A stretch of DNA of 64,000 nt from Monocercomonoides exilis PA203. Taxonomy: Eukaryota; Protista; Preaxostyla. The stretch covers positions 2,356,001 to 2,420,000 of the forward strand of contig LSRY02000002.1 of the NCBI GenBank assembly GCA_001643675.2, given 5' to 3'. This document shows positions 26,701-36,874 of this stretch, in pieces. Below the pieces are notes generated by a model. That model was given only the letters and a program-made list of their open reading frames with translations, did not search any database and was not told the origin of the DNA. Position numbers and translations under genes: made by a program. Every line of letters starts with the position of its first letter. Positions within the stretch are counted from its first letter, which is position 1.

Positions 26701-28499
26701 CAAATGGGCATTTCCATACACCCGTTCTGAAGGGCAGACCGAAGAAGAAGGAAGCAACCCCTGACATTTTCTTCCGTTTCCCTGCATCTGAAGCTGAAGC
26801 CAGAATTAAGAAAATGAAAAATATAAACACTAAGAAAAAGGTTGAAGATATGACGACTGCCGAACTGAAAAGTCTTCTTTCTGTGGCAAAGCGTGTGACA
26901 GGAATTAATTCGATACACAACACTCCTCAAGCAAAGCGAGACAACACAGATTCACTTCAGTTATCCTCACAGAACAGGGTGTCGCTCTCTCGTTCGTCGT
27001 CAATCAGTTCGCCTGCTCGCTGTGTGACGCCTCCACATTTGCAGCAGCCATTGGGCTTGCCAATGTCACCTCGCCTGAGGCTCAGGCTGGAGCCTCAGCA
27101 ATCTCCAAGACGCTCTCATGGGTCATCAGACAAAACAGGCAACTTGGCAGCAGGAAGGAGGACAAGAGAATACAACGATCATGCGAAGCAGATGCTAAAC
27201 GAACAGTGGGACGATGTTGGTTCTGATATCATTTGTGAGAACGATCCAGAGGGATGCTCGGGAAAAGAGAGATTGGGCGGAGAAGCTGAAGGAAAACCCG
27301 ATGAAAAAGAGTTGGAAACGATGGACATGATGAGAGATCGGAGGTCATTTATGGTTTATGGTGGGCGAGATTCTGTGACAGCATCAGAAAAGCAGCGCAG
27401 AGATCAAGAATCCCTTCTAAGAAGGCAGGAGAGCGAAAAGAAGCTGAAGATGGAGCAATATCTCAAGGCAAAGAAGTTAAAGGAAGCGATTATTCAGAAA
27501 ATAGAAAGAGAAAGAAGCTCTGGAAAAGGAAGGAGATCGCCATCATCTCCAAGGAGAAGGCCTGAATCGCTAAGTCGCTCATGTCTGCCAACCAAGTCAG
27601 ACAATCTCATTCGCTCTTCTCCTCAAATGATGACTTCGCGCTCCATTCAACCTGATCCCTCCACAACAGCACTATTTCTTTCTCCTTCTTCTTCATCATC
27701 ATCGTTTTCTTCTTCTTCTTCTTCTTCTTCTTCATCCTCCTCCTCCTTTTTCCCTTCTTCTTCTTCATCTTCTTCTTTGTCTCCTGCAGGTGCATTTGTT
27801 GTTCAGTCAGGAGGTGCTGTCTCTCCTCCTCGAGCTGGCAGTCCGGTGCATTTTGCAGCTGATTCGTCTCCGACACGATATTCGCTTGCGATTGAAGGTA
27901 AAAGTTCAGAGGAAGAAAAATGGAACATGCGAGCGGATGCTCTGAGGCTGCAGCTGGATTCGATGCAGCGTGCAAAAGTGAACAAAGAGTCTGTCGTGTG
28001 GAAGCGCGTAGACAGAGAATGGAAGACTGCGAAGCGAATGGCGGAGTTTGCAGCGGAGCAGCATCAGGAAAAGCAGATGCGGAGGAAAGGCAGCGTGTCA
28101 CCATCGAGGCTGAATGTGGAGCGTGTGGCTGTGTCGAAAATAGAAGAAATTCCGAAGCTTTCTCCGTTGATTGCCAGGAATACGGACCTTACAGCGAATG
28201 CCGTTCAGAATCCAGCATCACTCCACATCACACATTCTGTTTCTTCTCATACATCTTCTTCTTCTTCGTTATCCACTCCTTCACGATCTGGAAGCGTTCC
28301 ATCGTACCAGGAAAATTGCGGAACTGCAGACCGGGGAAGAGGATTGAGCCGTGGAAAGCAAACGCCTTCTTCATCCAATCTGACTCGCACGAACAGTTCA
28401 AAAAGACTGGCAGGATCTGCTCGCTCAGCCAATAACCCCGTTCAAACACCTCCTCTCCATAGAACTGCGAAAAACACACAAGTTTCTTCGTTTTATTGA
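23766..28499 (+). CDS. Large protein with N-terminal CBM48/AMPK-beta-type glycogen-binding domain and acidic/low-complexity body
   Basis: VSVCGSWDGWSRRIPL...CKFILNDTDWRV...YPTVSDYSGNINNYV matches the CBM48 pattern. Single long ORF; first ATG at 23766. Confidence 0.75.
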   Translation: MNKADPLYQQPLPFSFDENQTVTAAVILRYPHTSSDLLYHVSVCGSWDGWSRRIPLILNIKQHEWQLIIKTDEKDRMTFNPLAPFGIEMHALVTEQSFSCKFILNDTDWRVCSKYPTVSDYSGNINNYVTFSRNMAFSIIHESEFRVVSQLDSTPSPSLSLGRLLCARPTSVPASPTSPGNAECHSPLNQSFHLTPPFSPALKRASSRASEGVIPPPFIEKSGMKEGLKPLEKATASECSLADNNIEQNDRKQEVEERIIHREEMEEKEAESPKDEEEEEEQKKFNAKEIEKTDESHVKSELTEKDEENTNNQLQTENNSIERNEMDANDPTQNKDKCSHIRIDNNQSEDLKDRDFDEEKRDENDEAKEIKEEKEESIQNSNNEDNQEKLGTATRMEQVDAEPFAEKSSDSTSISRVAASTENTQKVNVEEEAEEYSQKDKDSQEELKTYNKGELMEKKPEIENAKNQDIEVMHDQSKFEQDEPNKETAKESEIQSFPTASEKQISSASADAISILAVTSENADTTVKNSDSSSSTTDASFAPENGTQNNKLIEQASDAIENSEQKQDDSLDGACSNKSSEPSFQSSSSSFIEQSNKSEDLSISASQNANSDAQTDNNTSSDSKKDAIELTTYSQIESGVLTNTSDPCCGATHANSAESVSSNDDGEKISQTSQNQPDTSLPSADTSDESVPSPHKDKTEMRTPERAQTTEEQSSPSHLQVSPLTQFLLSSAGQLSEEEKPKRSKRQTISLPFSRTLLIPVDYGTPANPAQDEQMDDSKLEIPSASTNEPEATQEMQQEKTLETENHIQLQESKEDNTEEVIEDVEADRVEELDACQTPPLAEEEKKEEPEEHELRFDTFHPDNENKEQLHSTTGRESPSPTLRSKRNISPTRTPPRSPPPIQSVSSSTTSARSVLTPEYIPRLANKRFVVGHHSYRLEVLDGEEEKNEAETSDISEHNSVTSGNTNIEEHSFSTSNTANGHFHTPVLKGRPKKKEATPDIFFRFPASEAEARIKKMKNINTKKKVEDMTTAELKSLLSVAKRVTGINSIHNTPQAKRDNTDSLQLSSQNRVSLSRSSSISSPARCVTPPHLQQPLGLPMSPRLRLRLEPQQSPRRSHGSSDKTGNLAAGRRTREYNDHAKQMLNEQWDDVGSDIICENDPEGCSGKERLGGEAEGKPDEKELETMDMMRDRRSFMVYGGRDSVTASEKQRRDQESLLRRQESEKKLKMEQYLKAKKLKEAIIQKIERERSSGKGRRSPSSPRRRPESLSRSCLPTKSDNLIRSSPQMMTSRSIQPDPSTTALFLSPSSSSSSFSSSSSSSSSSSSSFFPSSSSSSSLSPAGAFVVQSGGAVSPPRAGSPVHFAADSSPTRYSLAIEGKSSEEEKWNMRADALRLQLDSMQRAKVNKESVVWKRVDREWKTAKRMAEFAAEQHQEKQMRRKGSVSPSRLNVERVAVSKIEEIPKLSPLIARNTDLTANAVQNPASLHITHSVSSHTSSSSSLSTPSRSGSVPSYQENCGTADRGRGLSRGKQTPSSSNLTRTNSSKRLAGSARSANNPVQTPPLHRTAKNTQVSSFY

Positions 28500-29105
28500 A
28501 AATGTTAAAGAAAAATTATGTAAAAATAAGTGTTTTGCTTTGTTACATATTCTTTCTTCAAACTACATTTGTTGAAAACAAACTTTGTTTCCGAAGGAGT
28601 TGACTTAACTAATAATTAACAATAAAATATGTTAGACTTTTGTTTAAAATGTTTTTGTAAACTTCCACTTTTCCCAGTTCTTGCTCTTTAAATATCTGGG
28701 CTTTTGATTTTTGTTATCAATTCACTGTAGGAATTTTTGTTTTCTCGTTATTGTGATAGCTGTCCAATTAAATACACATCATTCATTCTCTTTCTTCTCA
28801 GACTTTTTAATCACCTCGCATTAAAAAAAACTACTCATTCACAAAAGTGAAGTTAGAACCAATTTTATAAGCTATTTTCAAAAGAAAAAAAAAAGAAATA
28901 AAAAAGAAAAAAACAAGTTTGTAATTCATAAAAATAGCAAGCATTTCCGCCTTTAAATGATAAAATATCAGAACAAAATAAAATACGAAGATTCTTAAAA
29001 ACGAAATATTTTCCCGTAAAAGTTACTTTTCATTTACCTTTTCTCTTTCCTTTTCTTTTCATCGCAACAGAATCATCCCAATGTTTTGCTTCGAATAAAT
29101 GCCAA

Positions 29106-31824
29106 TTATCTCCAGGCTGTTTGAATTTCATGTGGAAGTTTCTTACTAATTGGCTTATCGAGACGTTCCCACGATTTAAATTTAATGGAGTTTCGCTGCA
29201 CATAAAGTGTGATCTTGAAAATTTGATAAAAGCGAGCAGATAAAAGAGGATAGACATCAGTTGTGGTGTCATTGGAAATTCAAAATAAATGTTTATGAAT
29301 CGAAAATATGTTTAAAAATAAAAAGTTTCAAACAGCAATTTTCAATTTGTTGGGGAGATTAACAACATAAACTGGTTGCTGGACACCGTCAATAAACAAA
29401 TGGGCAGTTCTTTTTTTGGATTTGAGATCGACCTCAAGCATCACCTCTTGCCCGTCTCTCACTTGCTGATTTCCTTGTGTCCTTTGCTGGCGAATGTCAC
29501 ATGACGTGCTGCAAACAATTGGAAGAGTTATTTTTTAAGTTTCAGAAATTTAAATGATCAAATAAATAAAGAAAGAAAGAATAAGAGAAAGCAAAATGAA
29601 AGTTAGAAAATTGTATTGTTGAACATAAATTGGAAAAGAATGCATACTGAGCCAAGAAGAAGCCAAAGCTTGGGTTGTCTGTTTTGCGCACAAGTTAAAA
29701 GCATTACATATTTGATTTAGAAAAATATTCGTATCAAATCAAATATTTGTTGAAATGAATGTCAATTGGTATAATTTTGATTCATGAAATTTCAAATATA
29801 GCAAAGTGATCAAACTAGCATCGTTTCCAATAGCAACATTAGCAGGTATAGGTCCATCTGCTGCAATGCAACCAAGGTCTTAAATGAGAACACGAATCAA
29901 AACCGAAAAAAGAATATTTGGAAACAATCAAAAATAGTCATTGCGATTACATCAAAATACAAACGGCTGTAATTTCCGTTCTGCAGCTGAACAACTTGGC
30001 ATTTCCTATTTTTAAAATAGAAGTTGAAAATAGTTTGGAAGAATTTTTTAAAAAAATTTTTTTATCATAAATTTTGTTCAATTCAAAGTGAAAACTCTCT
30101 TCAATTACAAACCATAATATGATGGACTGTTGGATTGCAATTATAACACATTAGTTAATAGAAATATAGAAATTATAGATTCATTTTGCATGAAAGCGTT
30201 TTAACAAACAAATAAACCCACAAACGTTCTTTATTTCCTTGTCAAACACAACAGTAGCTAGTGAATTGTTCCCAACGTGAATGATTGTATCGCCTTCAAC
30301 CGTAATGTGTGCGATGTTTGATGATCTCCACTTGAACCGTTTCAACGATTTAATTACCGCTAATGATAAATGAAATCATGGACATATCAAAAAACATTAA
30401 ACAAACAAAGAGATAATCAGAAATTAAACATTTATCAATAATAATCGAGAATATTTTGTCGCTTTTATAATTCGCTTTTTATCATTCACCCTTCAACAAG
30501 CATACTTCTTGGATTCGATCCCAAAAGCTCTTCTCTCTTGTGGACCAGCTCGATCTGCTCGCTCAGAAGAAATGCTTCTCTTTTCATCTTCAAATAGCTC
30601 TCTTCTTGCATCGCGACAATTTCAGCACTTGCCATCAGGCGGCTCTTTTGACTAACAGACTCCTTTTTGGATTTTGAATCTTCTTCTTCCTTTTCCTTTT
30701 CCTTTTCTTTTTCTTTTTCTTTTTCTTTATTTTCATCATCATCATCATTGTCATCATCATCTTCTTCTTCCACTTCATCAAACTCAGATTCTTGAATCTC
30801 CTTTAGCAAATCCAACAGCTCCTCCTCTCTTTCAAAAATTGTTCCTTCCTTTGCCATGCTTCGTAAGATGCGCATTGATTCTGCTTTATCTTCATAAAAT
30901 GCTACCCATGATAATCCTATTATTTGAATCCCTTCTTCATATGGATCCAAGCGCTTGCCAAGGGCAAAGCTTGATGATGGCAATGAAGAAGACGACGAAG
31001 ATGAACACGAAGATGATGACGAAGTTGAAGATGAATAACCAGAAAATGGATTCAGTGAAAGAGGGGGATCTGGTGAAATAGATGACGCAGATGTTTCTTC
31101 AAAAGGAATTTGAGTCATATTCTCATTGTGAAAGATCTTCGGCTTATGTTCTTCTGAAGGTTGCTTCTTTTGCAATGATTTCATAATTTTTGTTATATAA
31201 TCGCTTTGTCCAACGATGTCTCTAACATCCTTTCGCCATTTTACCATATCTATTGTGAGTTCTGTTCCACATTTTTTTGCGAGTTCGTCTTTACTCTTAT
31301 AATTGATTTAAAAAATTGCATAAAAAGCAGTGTTGAATATATTGAAAGCAAACTGAAGTTAACTTCAAAATATCAGCTGCAACTTTCGTCAAACATTCTC
31401 TTGATTTCACTCCATCAGAGCAGCAATCATTAATTGAAACAAGCTCAATTAATTTCATAGCAAGAAGGGAAATTTCAGAGTCTGATGTCTCCTTCATTAT
31501 TTGATAGACAGAATGAAGCACTTTTGTTTTGATAAGCAGGTTGTAATTATCGCGAACTATTTAAAATTATTCAAAAATATTTATTGAAAATGAAAAAAAT
31601 ACTTTCCACTACAAACATCTCACCTGATCCGCGATGAGTTCTTGCAAAATAGCTTCGTGCTTCGATGGGTCATTGTCAAGATCATCTTTCATGATAATCA
31701 TTTCATCTTCCTAAATTTTAATAAAAATGGATAAAAATGAAAGGCATCATGATATAATTGAAGGCAATTTCTTCATCTAATGTTATAAATGTTTCAAAAC
31801 TGTTAAAGCTTCGGTAAACCCCAT
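29106..31824 (-). CDS. Multi-exon protein with helical N-terminus and C-terminal SPRY/B30.2-like domain
   Basis: Phase-consistent exons give ..TVEGDTIIHVGNNSLATVVFDKEIKN|SIILW|KCQ..|LGCIAAD..GNQQVRDGQEVMLEVDLKSKKRTAHLFIDGVQQPVYVVNLP..|ITLYVQRNSIKFKSWERLDKP..TAWR*. The 5' exons are less certain. Confidence 0.6.
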
Positions 31825-32470
31825 TTGTTGCAATATTTATTATTCAACAAATATGTTAATTTGCAATGGGAAATGTTGATCAAAGACTTGTTTTGCCAAA
31901 AACGCTTTCCGCAATACAACTTTTAATTTTTTCTTAAAAAAATATCGTCCAACAAAGTGTGTGATGTGAATGTGATGATAGGTCTTATTCAATTCAATCG
32001 TTATTTTTCAACTAAATTTTTTTCGAATTAATCTTCTCCAAAATTAATTTTGTTTCAAATAAAACAAAGATAAACTTCGATCATGAAAATGAATGAAAAA
32101 GCTCTGACATCTTTGTTCTTTTCAATAATTTGGCTTTGAAAAGAAATTTCAAGCTCAATGGAGTTTAGTTGGGAACATTGGATTTTTTTAAAGAATACTT
32201 TGAAAAGTGATCTGAACCTTATTACTAATATTAACTTATTCTTGCAAGGTTTAGAAGAGCTTTAACGAAGTTCTGAAGAATTTATTTGAATTTCGTCATT
32301 GAATTTATGTATGTTTTTTTTGTTATGCTATATATTTTTCAATTTTTTCTTCTCTTTGTAAATTTTTAAAATCAAAAAATTTGTTCTCTAATTTGCAGAC
32401 AGTTTTTGAAAATTGTTTTTGAAAATTTTGCTTGAAAGATCAGAAAAAAAGAAACAAACACTTTACGAGA

Positions 32471-35400
32471 ATGGCTCAACATAACAAGAAAAAGTCATCT
32501 CGAGACGAGATTGATCCATTGAATCTTTTTGTGAAATTTCTTCCTCCTGATCTTTTTGACAACGAGCTAAATTCACTTTTTAAACCTTTTGGAAATATTG
32601 TATCGTCTAAGGTGATGATGGATGATAAAACTGGAGAAAGTCTTGGATTTGGATTTGTTCGTTTTTCTGCAATGGATGAAGCATTGAAGGCTATAAAAGC
32701 AATGAATGGCGCAATCGTTCGTGGAAGAGCATTATTGGTGAAATATTCAAATATGCCTAGAGAAGAAAGCACCGCTGAAAGAAACACCAATCTTTATGTG
32801 AAGCCTTTGTTGCCAAACACAACTGAAGCGCAACTTATCGAACTGTTTTCTCCTTTTGGTACAATTGAAGCTGCGAAGGTCATGATCGACAGGCAAACTC
32901 AGACAGCGAGACAAGTTGGATTTGTTCGATTTTCGGAACAAAGAGGAGCTGATGGTGCAATTCAAGGATTGCATGGAAAACAGCTTCATCCTGCATATCC
33001 ACCATTAATTGTGAAGTATGCAGAAACAGACGACATGCGAGAAGAAAGGAAGAAAAAGAGAGAATCTAAACATGCGGCACAACTTAATTCTATTCACAAA
33101 GAAAACGAAACATTGCAGCAAATTCAGAAATCACGTCAAAGCCTTTCGTTCAATGCAGGAATCGGATCGTTCCGAGGCTCTGTAGCATCCGCATCAACAT
33201 CGGTGTCTCCTTCTCCGTTTATTTCACCGATTGCGTCTGCTGTTGCTTCAATTTCGACACAGCCGTCTGCCCGCCCTCCTCTTTTAATGCCAAACAGCAC
33301 AACTGCTCCACAGCCATTGAAGCAGGCTTCCAAACAGCCATCTGCTCATTCACAGGAACAGACGTCGCCTCAAAAACAGCCGCAACTTGTACAGCCTCTT
33401 CCATTGCCTCCGCTTCTGAGCACTCAAACTGCACTTTCAACCACATCGTCGCCGTCTTCTTCTTCACCTGCTTTTCCTCATCCTCCGATGTTTGCATATG
33501 GCCATTCTCGGCCTGTGCCTTCTTATCCTCAGATATCAAATGCAGCATCGCAGCAGCCGCAAAGAACAGTTCTCCAGCTGCCCACTCCTTCCAAGCCGCC
33601 TCTCCTCTCAAGACAGGCACCTCCGATACTCGCAAAACCTGCCACGAAAAACACAACTCCGCAAAATTCGGTTGGGCAAAGTGATGTTCATTCAGCACAA
33701 CACACACAGACAACCCCACAAGCAGCACAGCAGCCACAGCAAGTTCTTTCTCTGTCGCCAAAGTTGCAGACTGCTCCTCAGCCTCGGTTTCATCAGCCGA
33801 TTTCTTCAGCAGGATCAGCAGAACTGCCCATCAGCCAACCTCTTCTGCCTCATCCTAAGCCTGTTCTGCCCCAACCAGCGCAGCATAACCTTCAGAGCAT
33901 GCCATTGAACACTCTTCCTTCTGATGTCCCGTTGTATCCTGAAACCTTTCCTGTGCCCAGCCAGCTGCATTCTGCCCCTTTCCCTCCATCTCCTGCTGCC
34001 TCAGGTCAGATTTTCTCTTCTCCCTTCTCTTCCACCACAGGCGCCGCATACCCTCCAGCACAATTATCCTTCAGCACACAGCCATTTGCATCGCCTTCTT
34101 CTGCCGTCGGCTCTCCCACTCAGTCCTCTGCCTCGCCACCGCTTGTGCTCATTCCACAGTTCCAGCAGCAGCTTCCGTTGGCAGCTGTGTCTCCGTCGTC
34201 TGCCAATCCATTCACTTCTCCTCTGCCAGCACTCTCTCTGATGAGCACATCGCCTCCGCTCAGCCCACAAACAAGACCATCTTTCGGTACACTTACTGCT
34301 ACTCCTGCTGTCGATGCTGCCTCCTCCTCCTCCTCCTCCTCCTCCTCCTCCTCCTCCTCCTCCTCCTCCTCCTCCTCCTCCTCCTCCTCCTCCTCCTCCT
34401 CCTCCTCATCATCATCATCATCATCATCATCATCTTCTTCTTCTTCTTCTTCTTCTTCTTCTTCTTTTTCTTTTTCTTCTTCAGCAACAGCATCAGCGTT
34501 ACCTGCATCGGCTGTGCCATATTCATATCCTGTTCCTACCTCATCGCATTCTCTTGCTCCGCACATCGACTCCTATCAGCCAGCACCTGATGCTTCTGCC
34601 CAGCCGGCGCCAGCTGTCACTACAGTGAAAGCAACAGCTGTTATCTTCCACCAATACAAAGGGAGTGGCACATCCCTCTCGCCTGCTGCCACAAACATGG
34701 CATCTGCTTCTCCCTCGGCTGCATCCACATCGCAGGAGATATCTCCTCTCCACCTCTCTCTCTCCAGCCCTGCCTCGCCGTCGCTCTCTGCCCCGCTTTC
34801 AGTCGAGACGCAGTCTTTCATTCCTACCCGTGTCATTCAGCAGACGCACGACAAGACAGACACCAGAGACAGAACAGCTGCTTCTCAGATGCAGCAGACG
34901 CCGCTGTCCAAATCGAGCAACAGTTCTCAAATGTCTCAGATGTCCCAGCCATCTCCTCTGTCATCACGCCATTCTCCAAATGTCTCGTCCACCTCCCACT
35001 CACTCACCCACCCACATACAAGCAACAACTCAAATGGAGACAACCAACTTCTTCTTTCTGCACAGAATGTTGTCGTAGCGCCTCAGCCAGCCAGCAGCCG
35101 GGTGCCTCTTGTGGCGTCGCTGGCATCGCTGCAGCTGACTGAAAAAGACGAGTCAGAAAGCGAAGACGATCCGCTCGATGATGAAAGCAGTGACGACGAC
35201 GATGACGACGAAGAGGCGCAGCTGAGGACAGATCTAACGTCGATGAGCGCAACATTCACACCGACGATGTATCTCTCACAGACAGACACATTCACCCAGC
35301 GCCATCCATACACACAGACATCACATTCAATAGACACCTCTTCGTCCTCTTCTACCATCACCAGCATATCCATCACATCAACTAGCACTCCCACTGCCTC

Positions 35401-36364
35401 TTCCTCTTCTTCTGCTTCTTCTTCTTCTTCTTCAGCGTCTGCATCTGCATCAGCCTCCTCTCTGACTGAGATATCCTCATTGCTCGACCGATCTCTCTCG
35501 CGCCGCATGACTCGTTCTCCTTCTCCTCATCACAGCCACACTCTCTCTTCTCCCTCACTCAGCCCTTCTCCTTCTTCTCCTTCATTTCACGGCTCCCTCA
35601 GCAATATTCCACACACGCTGCCTCTCATCTCTCCCTCACACTCTCCTGCCCCTCTTTCCACCTTCTCTCTTTCTCCGCCTCCAATCAGCCCAACTTCAGT
35701 CACATCGCCAACTTACCAGGCAACCGACTCCCTTTTCCAGACAGACACGCTGATACCCTCTCAAAAGCTAGTCAACCTCGGCACATTCCACTCGCACGAC
35801 GACACTTTCTCAGAGCTCACTCTGTCTCCTCGTCCACTTGTTAGCATATCTCCCTCTGCCTCGTCTGTTCTGAGTGACGCAGCCACATTTCAGTCGAGCG
35901 ACAACACAGCCAACAGACTGTCTGTCTCATCGTTGTCTGTCTCTCATCAAAGACAGAACTCTTATCCAACATCTGTCCATGCGATGCACTTGAACTCGCA
36001 TTCGTCGACAACCACACGCCTTCCGAGAACAGCTTTGTCAACTTCTCATTCGTCTTCGTTGGATGAGTTCCAGGAGCATTCACTTATGTCCTCCATCCCA
36101 TCGGCATTTGAGCAAGTGTCTGCTTTTGAAGGAGACACTCACGAATTAATTGGGTCAAATCAGTCTATTTCTGCAGGAGATGTTTCAGAATTAGTGCCAG
36201 AATCTGATTCTTGTGCACACAATTCTAATGCTTCTTCCTCTTCCTCCTCTTCTTCTGCATCAGATGAATCTATCGATGCTGTTTCTTCGTCATTGCTATC
36301 TCTTTCTTTGACGCAAAGCACCCCCAAAAGGAAGCACCCTGCACACAAGCACAATCTTCAGTGA
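32471..36364 (+). CDS. RNA-binding protein with two RRMs (ELAV/Hu-like arrangement) and ~1100-aa low-complexity tail
   Basis: RNP2/RNP1 motifs NLFVKFLP..SLGFGFVRF and NLYVKPLL..RQVGFVRF..PLIVKYA in an uninterrupted ORF. Confidence 0.9.
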   Translation: MAQHNKKKSSRDEIDPLNLFVKFLPPDLFDNELNSLFKPFGNIVSSKVMMDDKTGESLGFGFVRFSAMDEALKAIKAMNGAIVRGRALLVKYSNMPREESTAERNTNLYVKPLLPNTTEAQLIELFSPFGTIEAAKVMIDRQTQTARQVGFVRFSEQRGADGAIQGLHGKQLHPAYPPLIVKYAETDDMREERKKKRESKHAAQLNSIHKENETLQQIQKSRQSLSFNAGIGSFRGSVASASTSVSPSPFISPIASAVASISTQPSARPPLLMPNSTTAPQPLKQASKQPSAHSQEQTSPQKQPQLVQPLPLPPLLSTQTALSTTSSPSSSSPAFPHPPMFAYGHSRPVPSYPQISNAASQQPQRTVLQLPTPSKPPLLSRQAPPILAKPATKNTTPQNSVGQSDVHSAQHTQTTPQAAQQPQQVLSLSPKLQTAPQPRFHQPISSAGSAELPISQPLLPHPKPVLPQPAQHNLQSMPLNTLPSDVPLYPETFPVPSQLHSAPFPPSPAASGQIFSSPFSSTTGAAYPPAQLSFSTQPFASPSSAVGSPTQSSASPPLVLIPQFQQQLPLAAVSPSSANPFTSPLPALSLMSTSPPLSPQTRPSFGTLTATPAVDAASSSSSSSSSSSSSSSSSSSSSSSSSSSSSSSSSSSSSSSSSSSSSSSSFSFSSSATASALPASAVPYSYPVPTSSHSLAPHIDSYQPAPDASAQPAPAVTTVKATAVIFHQYKGSGTSLSPAATNMASASPSAASTSQEISPLHLSLSSPASPSLSAPLSVETQSFIPTRVIQQTHDKTDTRDRTAASQMQQTPLSKSSNSSQMSQMSQPSPLSSRHSPNVSSTSHSLTHPHTSNNSNGDNQLLLSAQNVVVAPQPASSRVPLVASLASLQLTEKDESESEDDPLDDESSDDDDDDEEAQLRTDLTSMSATFTPTMYLSQTDTFTQRHPYTQTSHSIDTSSSSSTITSISITSTSTPTASSSSSASSSSSSASASASASSLTEISSLLDRSLSRRMTRSPSPHHSHTLSSPSLSPSPSSPSFHGSLSNIPHTLPLISPSHSPAPLSTFSLSPPPISPTSVTSPTYQATDSLFQTDTLIPSQKLVNLGTFHSHDDTFSELTLSPRPLVSISPSASSVLSDAATFQSSDNTANRLSVSSLSVSHQRQNSYPTSVHAMHLNSHSSTTTRLPRTALSTSHSSSLDEFQEHSLMSSIPSAFEQVSAFEGDTHELIGSNQSISAGDVSELVPESDSCAHNSNASSSSSSSSASDESIDAVSSSLLSLSLTQSTPKRKHPAHKHNLQ
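34322..34462 (+). repeat. Coding poly-serine microsatellite built of (TCC)n, (TCA)n and (TCT)n blocks
   Basis: Directly visible trinucleotide blocks in frame within the RRM gene. Confidence 0.9.
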
Positions 36365-36874
36365 TTGCCTCTCTGTATTTGATTGCGTGCCACATGTCCC
36401 TTGCAGCATTTCTATGTTTGTTATTTCGATTTTGAGTAATGACAATAGGATTGAATACATGCACTTTGAAATTGGCATTGTCGTTTTTATAATTCCATTT
36501 GTATTTCAATGCAATCTCATAAGTTGCATCTGCAACTGTAGGCACTCTTCTTTGTTATTTGTTTGTTTGTTTGTTTGTTTTTGTAGATTGGTTTTTTTAT
36601 ATGAACTACGTTTCGCTTGTTGTATTTTGTCACTATTTAATGTTTCAGTTAAAGATTTTTTCGAATTTAAGTTTCATTTTTTTTATTATTTTCATTTTTT
36701 AATTGCAAATTTCGTTATCATTATCTTTTGTTATCTTTTGATTACATATATAAATTTTTTGACATGCTTCTTTCTTTTTCAACTTTGTATGCTCCTTTTT
36801 AAAACTCTTTATTTTTTAAAAAAATATTAAATACAAATACTTATTATTCATTAATAACATCATGTTTATCTGCC

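Noticed and set aside
29030-29272. 80-aa ORF as the last exon or a separate gene
   Set aside because: The splice phase selects a different frame that ends at TAA 29106-29108.
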